From a bacterium (GTDB taxonomy: Bacteria > Patescibacteriota > Minisyncoccia > Minisyncoccales > GWA2-46-15), in assembly GCA_030704795.1 (NCBI GenBank), contig JAUYCZ010000028.1, forward strand, positions 83,202 through 147,201: a stretch of 64,000 nt of DNA, read 5' to 3'. Position 1 is the stretch's first letter, and the number at the start of each line of letters is the position of its first letter. The notes under the pieces were generated by a model that was not told the origin of the DNA, searched no databases, and worked only from the letters and a program-made list of their open reading frames with translations. Below, one piece after another: positions 29,094 through 37,191 of the stretch. Both the position numbers and the translations under genes were made by a program.

Positions 29094-29108
29094 ATCAGTA
29101 TTAATCAG
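29084..29108. repeat. three direct ATCAG motifs with exact 10-bp phasing (starts 29084, 29094, 29104)
   Basis: Spans the gatA stop and the asnS-like start. The motif context (ATAAATCAG / ATTAATCAG) matches the arrays in the ribosomal operon. Confidence 0.6.
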
Positions 29109-29109
29109 C

Positions 29110-30468
29110 GTGAACACAGAATTCTTAATCAAAGATGCCAAAAATTTCGTAAACCAGAATGTTACCGTCCGGGGCTGGGTTTTTAACAAACGCTCTTCCG
29201 GCTCGATCATCTTCCTGCAGATCCGGGACGGCTCCGGCTTCATCCAAACCACGGTTTCCAAGAAGGATGTGCCAGCCGAAGTCTTCGGCCAAGCCCACGA
29301 AATCACCGACGAATCTTCAATCGTCCTGACTGGCACAATTAAGGCAGAACCAAGGTCTCCCTACGGTTTCGAGATCCAGGCCAAAGATCTGAAGATCATC
29401 TCTCTGGCCCAGGCCGAGTTTCCGATCGCGGCCAAAGAACACGGCATCGATTTTCTCCTTTCCTGGCGCCATTTGTGGCTGAGGTCTCCCCGGCAATGGG
29501 CCATCTTGAGAATCCGCAGCCGGATGATGAACGCCATTAACGATTTTCTGCAAAAAGAAGGTTATTTGCGGATTGATTCCCCGATCTTGACGCCTTCGGC
29601 CTGCGAAGGCACGACGACGCTTTTTCCGGTGCCTTATCTGCCGGCCTGGCCGGATGGTGACAACCAAACCGTGCCTTCCTGGCTCAATCCGGATCAAACC
29701 AAGCCCTACGCCTTTCTTTCTCAGTCGGGTCAGCTCTACCTGGAAGCCGCCATCGCCGCCCACCGAAAGGTCTATGATTTCGGCCCCACTTTCCGGGCCG
29801 AAAAAAGTAAAACCAAAAGGCATCTGACCGAATTCTGGATGATGGACGCGGAAGCCGCCTTCATGGATTTTGAAGAACTGCTCGGATTCGAAGAAAAAAT
29901 GATCTGTCACCTCATCCAAGACGTCCTGGACAATTGCCGGGCAGAACTCCAGGTTTTGGAAAGAGACGTCAAGCCCTTGGAGAAAATACAGCCTCCTTTC
30001 TTGAGGCTGACCTACGAAGAAACGCTAAAGAAACTGAAAGAGTTGGGATCGGACATCCAGGACGGCGAAGACCTGGGCAACGACGATGAGACGACTCTAA
30101 TGACCCACTTTGAAAAACCTCTCTTTATCACCCGCTTCCCCTCGGCCTTCAAGGCTTTTTACTTCAAGAGAGACAAGGAAAAGGAAAATCTGACCCTCTC
30201 CAACGATCTGCTGGCAAGCGAAGGCTATGGCGAGATCGTGGGCGGCGGACAAAGGGAAGACGATTACGAAATCCTCTTAAAAAGATTCAGGGAAGCCGGC
30301 CTGAATGAAAATGATTACGGCTGGTATCTCGACCTGCGGAAATACGGCTCTGTTCCCCATTCTGGCTTTGGCCTGGGATTAGAAAGATTGCTTGCCTGGA
30401 TCTGTAAATTAGAACACATCCGGGAAGCCATCCCCTTCCCTAGAACCATTTATCGCTTCACCCCTTAA
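29110..30468 (+). CDS. asnS: class IIb aminoacyl-tRNA synthetase, AsnRS-like (Asn/Asp specificity not resolved)
   Basis: Has an OB anticodon-binding domain (VTVRGWVFNKRSSGSIIFLQIRDGSG), FRAEKSKTKRHLTEFWMMDAEAAF (the EFWM pattern favours AsnRS) and GFGLGLERL. Confidence 0.8.
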   Translation: MNTEFLIKDAKNFVNQNVTVRGWVFNKRSSGSIIFLQIRDGSGFIQTTVSKKDVPAEVFGQAHEITDESSIVLTGTIKAEPRSPYGFEIQAKDLKIISLAQAEFPIAAKEHGIDFLLSWRHLWLRSPRQWAILRIRSRMMNAINDFLQKEGYLRIDSPILTPSACEGTTTLFPVPYLPAWPDGDNQTVPSWLNPDQTKPYAFLSQSGQLYLEAAIAAHRKVYDFGPTFRAEKSKTKRHLTEFWMMDAEAAFMDFEELLGFEEKMICHLIQDVLDNCRAELQVLERDVKPLEKIQPPFLRLTYEETLKKLKELGSDIQDGEDLGNDDETTLMTHFEKPLFITRFPSAFKAFYFKRDKEKENLTLSNDLLASEGYGEIVGGGQREDDYEILLKRFREAGLNENDYGWYLDLRKYGSVPHSGFGLGLERLLAWICKLEHIREAIPFPRTIYRFTP

Positions 30469-30487
30469 TTCGAGCGTTAACGAGAAT
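30467..30487. repeat. half copy of the 47-nt intergenic repeat (AATTCGAGCGTTAACGAGAAT)
   Basis: Aligns to the right half of 20396-20443 and 24868-24914. It sits in the asnS-gatB spacer. Confidence 0.55.
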
Positions 30488-30488
30488 C

Positions 30489-31832
30489 ATGGAATTTAAA
30501 CCCGTTATTGGTCTGGAGATTCATGTCGAGCTGGCCACCCAGAGCAAAATGTTTTGCGGTTGCCCGGCTTATCACTTCGGCGTCGAGCCGAACACTCATT
30601 GTTGCCCGGTTTGTTTGGGACTGCCCGGGGCTTTACCCGTTCCCAATAAAAAAGCGATTGAGTGGACCATCCGGCTGGGATTGGCTTTAAACTGCCGGAT
30701 TTTAGAAGAATCAAAATTTGACCGGAAAAATTATTTCTATCCCGACTTGCCCAAGGGCTATCAGATATCACAATACGATCAACCTCTTTGCGTCCAGGGA
30801 AAAGTCATCCTAAAAGAGGGTCAGGAAATTCGTATCCGAAGGGTCCATCTGGAAGAAGATACGGGGAAATTGCTTCACACCGAGATTGATGGCGAAAAAT
30901 GCAGTCTGGTTGATTTTAATCGTTCGGGCGTGCCTCTGCTGGAAGTCGTCACCGAACCAGATTTCCGAAACAGCCAAGAGGTTGATGAATTCTTAAAGGA
31001 TCTCCAGAGAATGGTCCGGTATCTGGGTATTTCTGATGCCGATATGGAAAAAGGATCACTGCGGATTGAACCGAATATTTCGATGCGTGAAAACACAAAA
31101 CCCAAAATACAAATTCCAAACTACAAGGTGGAGGTAAAGAATATAAACTCATTTCGGTTTGTCAGAAAAGCGATTGAATATGAGACAAAAAGGCAGACTG
31201 AATTGTTGGAAAAAGGCGAAACGCCCTTACAGGAAACGCGCGGCTGGAACGAAGCCGAAAACAAAACCGTTTCTCAGAGAGAAAAAGAAGAAGCGCACGA
31301 TTATCGCTATTTTCCCGAGCCCGACATTCCGCCGCTGAACTTTACGCCGGAGGAAATAGCCGAGATCAAAAAACAAATCCCCGAATTGCCCGAAGAGAAA
31401 GAAAAAAGATTCATCAAAGAATTCAAACTCTCGCCCTATCAGGCCGGTCTTCTGATTGAAACCAAGAAATTGGCCGATTATTACGAAGAGGCCCTCAAGG
31501 TCAACGGTAAGATTGACGGCAGAAAGTACTCGAGTCCAAGCGAGATTGCCAACTGGCTGATCAATAGAAAGATTGACATTAAAACCACTTCTCCGGAAAA
31601 ACTGATTAAAGACGTCATCGCTTCCAAAGAGGTAATGTTGGTCAGTGAGGCGGAAATGTCCAGAATCATTGACGAGATCTTAACCGAAAATTCCCAAGCC
31701 GCGGCCGACTACAAAAAAGGCAAAACCGCCGTGCTCGGTTTTTTGATCGGCCAGGTCGTCAGAAAGATTGGTTCCCAGGCGGACCGACAAGAAATAACCA
31801 GAAGGTTGATCGAAAAATTAGGCGTTTTTTAA
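30489..31832 (+). CDS. gatB: Asp/Glu-tRNA amidotransferase subunit B
   Basis: Contains GLEIHVELAT..SKMFCGC and RIEPNIS. Confidence 0.95.
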   Translation: MEFKPVIGLEIHVELATQSKMFCGCPAYHFGVEPNTHCCPVCLGLPGALPVPNKKAIEWTIRLGLALNCRILEESKFDRKNYFYPDLPKGYQISQYDQPLCVQGKVILKEGQEIRIRRVHLEEDTGKLLHTEIDGEKCSLVDFNRSGVPLLEVVTEPDFRNSQEVDEFLKDLQRMVRYLGISDADMEKGSLRIEPNISMRENTKPKIQIPNYKVEVKNINSFRFVRKAIEYETKRQTELLEKGETPLQETRGWNEAENKTVSQREKEEAHDYRYFPEPDIPPLNFTPEEIAEIKKQIPELPEEKEKRFIKEFKLSPYQAGLLIETKKLADYYEEALKVNGKIDGRKYSSPSEIANWLINRKIDIKTTSPEKLIKDVIASKEVMLVSEAEMSRIIDEILTENSQAAADYKKGKTAVLGFLIGQVVRKIGSQADRQEITRRLIEKLGVF

Positions 31833-32899
31833 TTCAATGGTTCTAATCCTTCGGTCTCTACCAACACCTCGGCTAGATCATCAAGATTCTCCAAAACCAT
31901 GCCCGCGCCCCGGGCCACGGCCGTCATGGGATCTTCAACCACTTGAGTCTTGATCTTTGTCTCTCTGGCAATTAAGGTATCTAGTCCGCGCAGCAAAGAC
32001 CCGCCGCCGGATAGCCAAATGCCCTCGGCCATGATATCGGCCAAGAGCTCGGGCGGCGTCTCTTCGATGGTTGTTTTGATGGTGTTAATAATCTGTTTAA
32101 CTGACTTTTCCAGGGCATGGCGGGTATCTTCTTCGGTAATGATAATTTCTTCGGGCAAGCCCGTTACCAGGTTTCGGCCCCGCAAAGGCGCGGCCCTTTT
32201 TTCTTTGTCTTTTTGAGGATAGGCTGAACCAATGGCAATTTTTATCTCTTCGGCCGTCTGTTCTCCGATCAAAAGCTTGAATTCTTCCTGGGCAAAGTGA
32301 ATGATGTCCTCGTTGAGTTTATCGCCGGCGATTCTTAAACTGCGAGCGATGACGACGCCGCCCAAAGAGATGACGGCCACTTCGGTTGTTCCTCCGCCGA
32401 TATCAACAATAAAGTTGCCGCTCGCTTCCTGAACTTCAAGCCGGGCCCCGATGGCCGCCGCCATCGGCTCTTCAATCAGAAAAACCTGTCCGGCGCCGGC
32501 GTTGCGCGCCGCGTCTTTGACGGCCTTCTTCTCTACTTCGGTTACCCCCCAAGGAATACCAATAATCACTCTCGGCCGGATGCCGAAATGGAATTTTTCT
32601 CTTTGAACCTTGTCGATAAAATAGCGCAACATTTGTTCGGTCACCTCAAAGTCAGAAATGACGCCTTTAACCAAAGGCCGAGTCGCCACAATGTGACTCG
32701 GCGTGCGACCAACCATTTTTTTAGCCTCTTCGCCAATCGCCAAAATGCGACCCGTTTTCTGATTAATGGCCACGACCGAAGGCTCCGTCATAACAATCCC
32801 CTTCCCTCGGACATAAACTAAAGAGTTGGCCGTACCCAGGTCAATGGCAATGTCTTGAGAAAACCCGCGCAAGATTTTTTCCCAAGTTTTTTTAATCAT
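31829..32899 (-). CDS. mreB: rod-shape protein MreB (actin-like ATPase), paralog 1
   Basis: Contains IAIDLGTANSLVYV, DIGGGTTEVAVISLGG and LSGGGSLLRGL. Confidence 0.9.
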   Translation of the reverse strand: MIKKTWEKILRGFSQDIAIDLGTANSLVYVRGKGIVMTEPSVVAINQKTGRILAIGEEAKKMVGRTPSHIVATRPLVKGVISDFEVTEQMLRYFIDKVQREKFHFGIRPRVIIGIPWGVTEVEKKAVKDAARNAGAGQVFLIEEPMAAAIGARLEVQEASGNFIVDIGGGTTEVAVISLGGVVIARSLRIAGDKLNEDIIHFAQEEFKLLIGEQTAEEIKIAIGSAYPQKDKEKRAAPLRGRNLVTGLPEEIIITEEDTRHALEKSVKQIINTIKTTIEETPPELLADIMAEGIWLSGGGSLLRGLDTLIARETKIKTQVVEDPMTAVARGAGMVLENLDDLAEVLVETEGLEPLN

Positions 32900-34613
32900 A
32901 TTTTATAATTTGACTTTGCGACTTAATTCTAGCTAAAGACTCGCCAACGGGAACAAGCTCAACTCGGTTTTCACCTCGATTCTTAAATTCAAACGATTTC
33001 TGAGCTAAGCTTTTCTCGCTGACCACCACTCTTAAAGGGATGCCGATCAAGTCCGCATCGGCAAATTTTTCACCGGGGGTTTTATCCGGCCGATCGTCAA
33101 ACAAAACCTCAGTCCCCTGCTCTTGTAATTGAGAATAAAGTTTTTCCGCCGCGACTTTGATTTTTTCATCCGTTCCCAATGGCAAAAAATGAACCAGGAA
33201 AGGCGCGACTGTCTCGGGCCAAATAATGCCCTTCTCGTCATGATATTTTTCCACCATCGCCGCCATGGTTCGGCCCAGACCAATGCCATAACAGCCCATA
33301 TAATAAGGTTTTTCTTTGCCCTCTTCGTCAATAAAATTAGATCCTTTCATCAGATGGGTATAATGATAGCCTAGTTGAAAGATATTGCCGACTTCAATCC
33401 CCCGATTAGCTTTTAATTTTTGCTTGCCGTCCGGAGCCAAATAACCCGCTTGAGCCTGGGCAATGTCGCCCTCAAGGAAAGGTTTGTAATCACGGCCGAT
33501 GTTCACATTCAGCAGATCACGGTATTTTTTATTGGCGCCGGTATAAGCGTTTCTGATCGTCCTTAAAGAATTATCGGCGACCACTTTTACTTTTTTGGAG
33601 AGGTTAACCGGAGAAATGAATCCCGGCCAAGAGCCAATGTTTTTTATTTCTTTTTCCGTGGCGTGGCGTAAAGTTAAGGATTTAGTCAAGCGCAAAAGTT
33701 TGGTTTCGTTAACGTCTAAATCCCCCCGGATGACGGCCAAGATCATCTCGTTTTTTTCATTGACCATCATCAAGTCTTTCATCTGCTGAAAAGGCGGCAA
33801 ATGATGAAATTTCACTCCGTCTTCCATGGTCGGTCCCCTTTTGGCTGTCACCTCTTTTAAGGGTAAAATCTTTTCTTGGCTGTTTTTATCTTGAAGATAA
33901 AACCGAGCCATTTCTTCGTGGGCGGCATATTTTCCGTCCTCGGAAACCAAATACTTGCTTTCCCCGACCTCGGAGGGAAAGACGAACTCGTGGCAGTATT
34001 CTCCGCCGATGTAGCCGTTGTCGGCCTCAATGATGACGGTTTCCAGGCCGAGCCGGTCAAAAATCCGTTTATAGGTCTGCCGCATTAACTCGTAAGTTTT
34101 CTTGAACTCGGCTTCGTTCCGGTCGAAAGAATAGGCGTCTTTCATGACGAACTCTTTCACGCGCAAAAGGCCGCCCCGGGGACGCATTTCGTCCCTGAAT
34201 TTAGTCGAGAATTGATAAAGATTAAACGGCAGGTCTTTGTAAGAGAGTTTGAATTTCCTGATCAGATCAACAAACATTTCTTCGGCCGTGCCCCCTAAGG
34301 CAAATTCCGCTTCATTGCGGTCCTTAACTTTCATTAACTCAAAGGCGGTGGTTTTGGTACGATTTGTCTCTTCCCACAACTGCAAAGGATGCAAAACTGG
34401 CGCCAGCATTTCCTGACCCCCTACCCGATCCATTTCTTCTTTGATGATCTGTTTGATTCTCTCGTGAACGCGCCAGCCCAGCGGCAGAAAATAATAACGG
34501 CCGGCGGCGCTTTCTCTGATAAAACCGGCTCTCAATAAAAGCCGGTGGCTGATGGCTTGAGCCTCTTTCGGGGCTTCTCTTAAAGTTTTGCCGAAAAGGT
34601 TTGATTGCCTCAT
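32892..34613 (-). CDS. proS: prolyl-tRNA synthetase (bacterial type with insertion/editing domain)
   Basis: Contains MRQSNLFGKTLREAPKEA..., FRDEMRPRGGLLRVKEF and GCYGIGLGR. Confidence 0.95.
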   Translation of the reverse strand: MRQSNLFGKTLREAPKEAQAISHRLLLRAGFIRESAAGRYYFLPLGWRVHERIKQIIKEEMDRVGGQEMLAPVLHPLQLWEETNRTKTTAFELMKVKDRNEAEFALGGTAEEMFVDLIRKFKLSYKDLPFNLYQFSTKFRDEMRPRGGLLRVKEFVMKDAYSFDRNEAEFKKTYELMRQTYKRIFDRLGLETVIIEADNGYIGGEYCHEFVFPSEVGESKYLVSEDGKYAAHEEMARFYLQDKNSQEKILPLKEVTAKRGPTMEDGVKFHHLPPFQQMKDLMMVNEKNEMILAVIRGDLDVNETKLLRLTKSLTLRHATEKEIKNIGSWPGFISPVNLSKKVKVVADNSLRTIRNAYTGANKKYRDLLNVNIGRDYKPFLEGDIAQAQAGYLAPDGKQKLKANRGIEVGNIFQLGYHYTHLMKGSNFIDEEGKEKPYYMGCYGIGLGRTMAAMVEKYHDEKGIIWPETVAPFLVHFLPLGTDEKIKVAAEKLYSQLQEQGTEVLFDDRPDKTPGEKFADADLIGIPLRVVVSEKSLAQKSFEFKNRGENRVELVPVGESLARIKSQSQIIKYD

Positions 34614-34692
34614 ATTTGTTTAGTTTACTTTAATTTATTTGAAAAAGCAAAGACGGTTTTCTGGTCGGTCTCCTCTACCAAATACGCTAAAT

Positions 34693-35508
34693 TTAATGTA
34701 AAAGACGAAGTTCTTTTGCTCTTTTTACTCCGGCGCGTATGGCTTTGAAAAAAACATCGCCAAATTTTAACTTTTCCAACACGGCGAAAATGGCCTCGGT
34801 AACGCCACCCTTTGAAATAACGGCGGCGCGCAATTCCCCGGCAGATTTCTTTGAATTCTTTAAAAGCTCGGCGCTGCCAATCACGGTCTGAACAGCTAAT
34901 ATTCTTACTAACTCATTTTTCAACCCTAGTTTCCTGGCGGTTATTTCAAGGAGCTCGACAAGATAAAAAATATAGGCGGGCCCGCTTCCCGAGATGACCG
35001 TAATTTTGTCTAATAAGCCCTCATCGTCAATGAAGTATTCCCTTCCTAGGCCGGCGAGGATTATTTTTATCAACTTCCGGTCATGTTTTGAAACCTCGCT
35101 ACTTGCGACCCAACAAGACATAGACATACCTATCGTAGCGCAAAGGTTAGGCATGACTCTGACAATGGGTTGCTTCTCTCCAATCAATTTTTTGATTGTC
35201 TTTATTTCCACGCCCGCCGCTATCGATACAACTAATTGTTTTTTCGATAGGCTTTCTTTTATTTCTGACAAAACGATGGGCACGATATCGGGTTTTACCG
35301 CCAATATAACGATATCGACGCGTTGAGTTGATTTTTTGTTGTCGTTTGAAATTTTTACATCCAGTTTTTTCACTTCTTGCAATCTCTCAGGTGACGGATC
35401 GGTTACGGTAATATTTTTACCCGAAATAATGCCATTTTGAACCAAGCCGCGAGTGATCGCGCTGCCCATATTTCCCGCGCCAATGATAGTAATTTTTTTA
35501 CCTTTCAT
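34693..35508 (-). CDS. proC: pyrroline-5-carboxylate reductase
   Basis: IIGAGNMGSAI Rossmann motif and VISKGGVTEA C-terminal motif. Confidence 0.9.
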   Translation of the reverse strand: MKGKKITIIGAGNMGSAITRGLVQNGIISGKNITVTDPSPERLQEVKKLDVKISNDNKKSTQRVDIVILAVKPDIVPIVLSEIKESLSKKQLVVSIAAGVEIKTIKKLIGEKQPIVRVMPNLCATIGMSMSCWVASSEVSKHDRKLIKIILAGLGREYFIDDEGLLDKITVISGSGPAYIFYLVELLEITARKLGLKNELVRILAVQTVIGSAELLKNSKKSAGELRAAVISKGGVTEAIFAVLEKLKFGDVFFKAIRAGVKRAKELRLLH

Positions 35509-36716
35509 AAATTTGGATTTTCTAAAACCTTCTTAATTATCTTGAATGCCGAATCAATCTCTCCCTTTTTAATTATCAACGGGGGAGCAAAACGGATCAC
35601 GTCCTCGTGGGTTTCTTTGCACAAAAGAAATTCGGTCATTAAAGCCTCGCAGAAACGTCGCGCTCCCCCCGCTTCTTTATGTAGTTCAATCCCAATAAGT
35701 AATCCCTTTCCTCTAATTTCTTTAATCCATTTACTTTGTAGAGTTTTGAGTTTGCTCAAAAAATATCTGCCCAATTCCGCAGACCTTTCCACTAGATTTT
35801 CTTTTACGATTACTCGTAAAGATGCTCGGGCTATTGCTGAGCCAAGCGGATTTCCTCCAAATGTGCTGCCGTGATCGCCAGGAGTTATAACCTCAAAGAT
35901 CGATCTTGAAGCCAGAACCGCCGAAACGGGATAGAATCCACCACCCAAAGCTTTTCCTACGACGAGCAAGTCTGGTTTTGCGTTATAATCGTGTTCATAA
36001 GCAAATAATTTTCCCGTTCTCCCTAGACCAGTTTGGATTTCATCGAGCATAAAGAGTACATTATTTTTTCGACAAATATTGGCCACGCCGGTCAAATACC
36101 CTTTATCAGGAATGATAATCCCGCCTTCAGCCTGTATAGGTTCTAAAAGTACAGCAACCGTATTGGGACCAATGGCCTCTTTTATCGCTTTTAAGTTGTT
36201 AAACTTAATAATTCTAAATCCTTTTGTATAAGGTCCGAAGCCGTCACGATACTGTTTTTCGGTAGAAAAGCTAATTATAGAAATTGTCCGGCCATGAAAA
36301 TTATTTTGACAGACAATAATTTCCGCTTTACCGCCCTTAACTCCTTTTTTGTAGTATCCCCACTTGCGAGCAACTTTAATGGCAGTTTCGACGGCTTCGG
36401 CCCCAGTATTCATTGGCAGCGCCATTTCAAAGCTGGTCAATTTACATAGATCTTTAGCAAACAACCCAAGCTGATTGTTATAAAACGCTCGTGAAGTTAG
36501 AGTAATTTTATTTAACTGTTTCTTAATTGCTCGAATAATTTTCTCATGAGTATGTCCCTGGTTAAGCGCGGAATATGCGCTTAAAAAATCCATGTATTTT
36601 TTCCCGCTCGTGTCATAAACCCAAATACCATGACCACGGCTAAGGACAACATCCAAAGGGTGATAATTGTGCGCACAGTACTTATTTACGGTCTGTATTA
36701 ATATGTTTTTATTCAT
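35505..36716 (-). CDS. rocD: ornithine aminotransferase (class III PLP aminotransferase)
   Basis: NYHPLDVVLSRGHGIWVYDTSGKKYMDFLSAYSALNQGH closely resembles the RocD/OAT N-terminus. Also has DEIQTGLGRTG. Confidence 0.85.
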   Translation of the reverse strand: MNKNILIQTVNKYCAHNYHPLDVVLSRGHGIWVYDTSGKKYMDFLSAYSALNQGHTHEKIIRAIKKQLNKITLTSRAFYNNQLGLFAKDLCKLTSFEMALPMNTGAEAVETAIKVARKWGYYKKGVKGGKAEIIVCQNNFHGRTISIISFSTEKQYRDGFGPYTKGFRIIKFNNLKAIKEAIGPNTVAVLLEPIQAEGGIIIPDKGYLTGVANICRKNNVLFMLDEIQTGLGRTGKLFAYEHDYNAKPDLLVVGKALGGGFYPVSAVLASRSIFEVITPGDHGSTFGGNPLGSAIARASLRVIVKENLVERSAELGRYFLSKLKTLQSKWIKEIRGKGLLIGIELHKEAGGARRFCEALMTEFLLCKETHEDVIRFAPPLIIKKGEIDSAFKIIKKVLENPNL

Positions 36717-36745
36717 ATTTTTTCTTTAATTTTATCCCACAAAAC

Positions 36746-36794
36746 AAAAAACCTCGTCGCTGCCATCCCATTTCTAGGGATAGCAAGGACGAGG
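36746..36794 (-). terminator. T-box expression-platform terminator (stem 36752-36794, U-run 36746-36751)
   Basis: CCTCGTCCTTGCTATCCC-TAGAAAT-GGGATGGCAGCGACGAGG followed by TTTTTT. Its 5' arm contains CCTTGCT, which alternatively pairs with the T-box. Confidence 0.75.
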
Positions 36795-37047
36795 ATTCTT
36801 ACTTCGACAAGCTCAGTATGGTGTATGGTGAGCCTGCCGAACCACGCGGTACCACCTTGCTCCTACCACAACATCGCTGTTGTGGTCTTATTAACTGACT
36901 TCAGCTTTAGCTGGCATCAGCGTCCCTCCGCCGGTTGGCGGATTACGGTCGGGCTTCCGGCATGGCTTATCGCCAGCGGCTCCGGGGCGGGTTCCCCTTC
37001 AATAAACTCAGGGTACTATTCCCCTTCAAAGCCTTTGTCTATTTTGT
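36746..37047 (-). promoter_or_regulatory. T-box riboswitch leader, specifier CCC (Pro), upstream of rocD-proC-proS
   Basis: All elements were hand-folded: K-turn GGC-UUU-GA-A-GGGG / CCCC-G-GA-GCC; specifier loop AAUAGUA / GAA-CCC-G (codon at 36989-36991); Stem III at 36865-36886; T-box AGCAAGG-UGGUACC-GCG (core 36845-36858); antiterminator A1 partner CCUUGCU. Confidence 0.8.
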
Positions 37048-37053
37048 ATTTTA

Positions 37054-37082
37054 TACATACTCCGATTAATAATTCCTGTCAA
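37054..37082 (-). promoter_or_regulatory. candidate sigma70-like promoter of the T-box leader (TTGACA-17 nt-TATGTA)
   Basis: Consensus -35 at 37082-37077 and -10 at 37059-37054, with spacing counted on the sequence. Confidence 0.5.
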
Positions 37083-37097
37083 GGGTTTATACGATCG

Positions 37098-37135
37098 TGA
37101 CGTCTTATCTCTGCTATAGCAATGGTAAGACGTCA
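37098..37135. repeat. inverted repeat TGACGTCTTA-18 nt-TAAGACGTCA whose loop carries CTGCTATAGCAATGG (third copy of the ATTGCTATAGCAAT-type palindrome)
   Basis: The 10-bp arms are exact reverse complements. It lies 16 nt upstream of the T-box promoter -35. Confidence 0.7.
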
Positions 37136-37191
37136 TCATAATCTAGTTTAGAGATAGATAATTCGCGATCTAGAATAATTATTTGATATCT

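Noticed and set aside
29317-29919. Long antisense ORFs inside conserved genes (for example 29317-29919, 47980-48549, 21809-22279, 44890-45346, 16169-16534, 40258-40551)
   Set aside because: Each lies opposite a confidently identified housekeeping gene, has an Arg/Gly/Pro-rich or low-complexity composition typical of antisense frames, and has no recognisable motif.
36921-36930. GGG or GGA in the internal loop of the second helix (..CCGGC-GGAGGGAC-GCUGAU..) considered as a glycine specifier
   Set aside because: That helix lacks the AGUA/GAA S-turn context. The upstream helix has the full K-turn plus AAUAGUA / GAA-CCC-G architecture, and the downstream operon is proline-related.
36940-36980. 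Plus-strand CCGGCATGGCTTATCGCCAGC resembles the RNase P RNA 3' conserved region (CCGGCUUAUCGGUCAG)
   Set aside because: I found no CR-I (GAGGAAAGUCC) or other RNase P conserved blocks on either strand. The segment is accounted for as the Stem II helix of the minus-strand T-box leader.
36825-37100. A 91-aa plus-strand ORF (MVSLPNHAVPPC...) filling the rocD-rseP intergenic region
   Set aside because: It lies antisense to and entirely within the T-box leader. It starts inside the antiterminator hairpin, has low-complexity composition and no recognisable domain. The RNA structure explains the region better.
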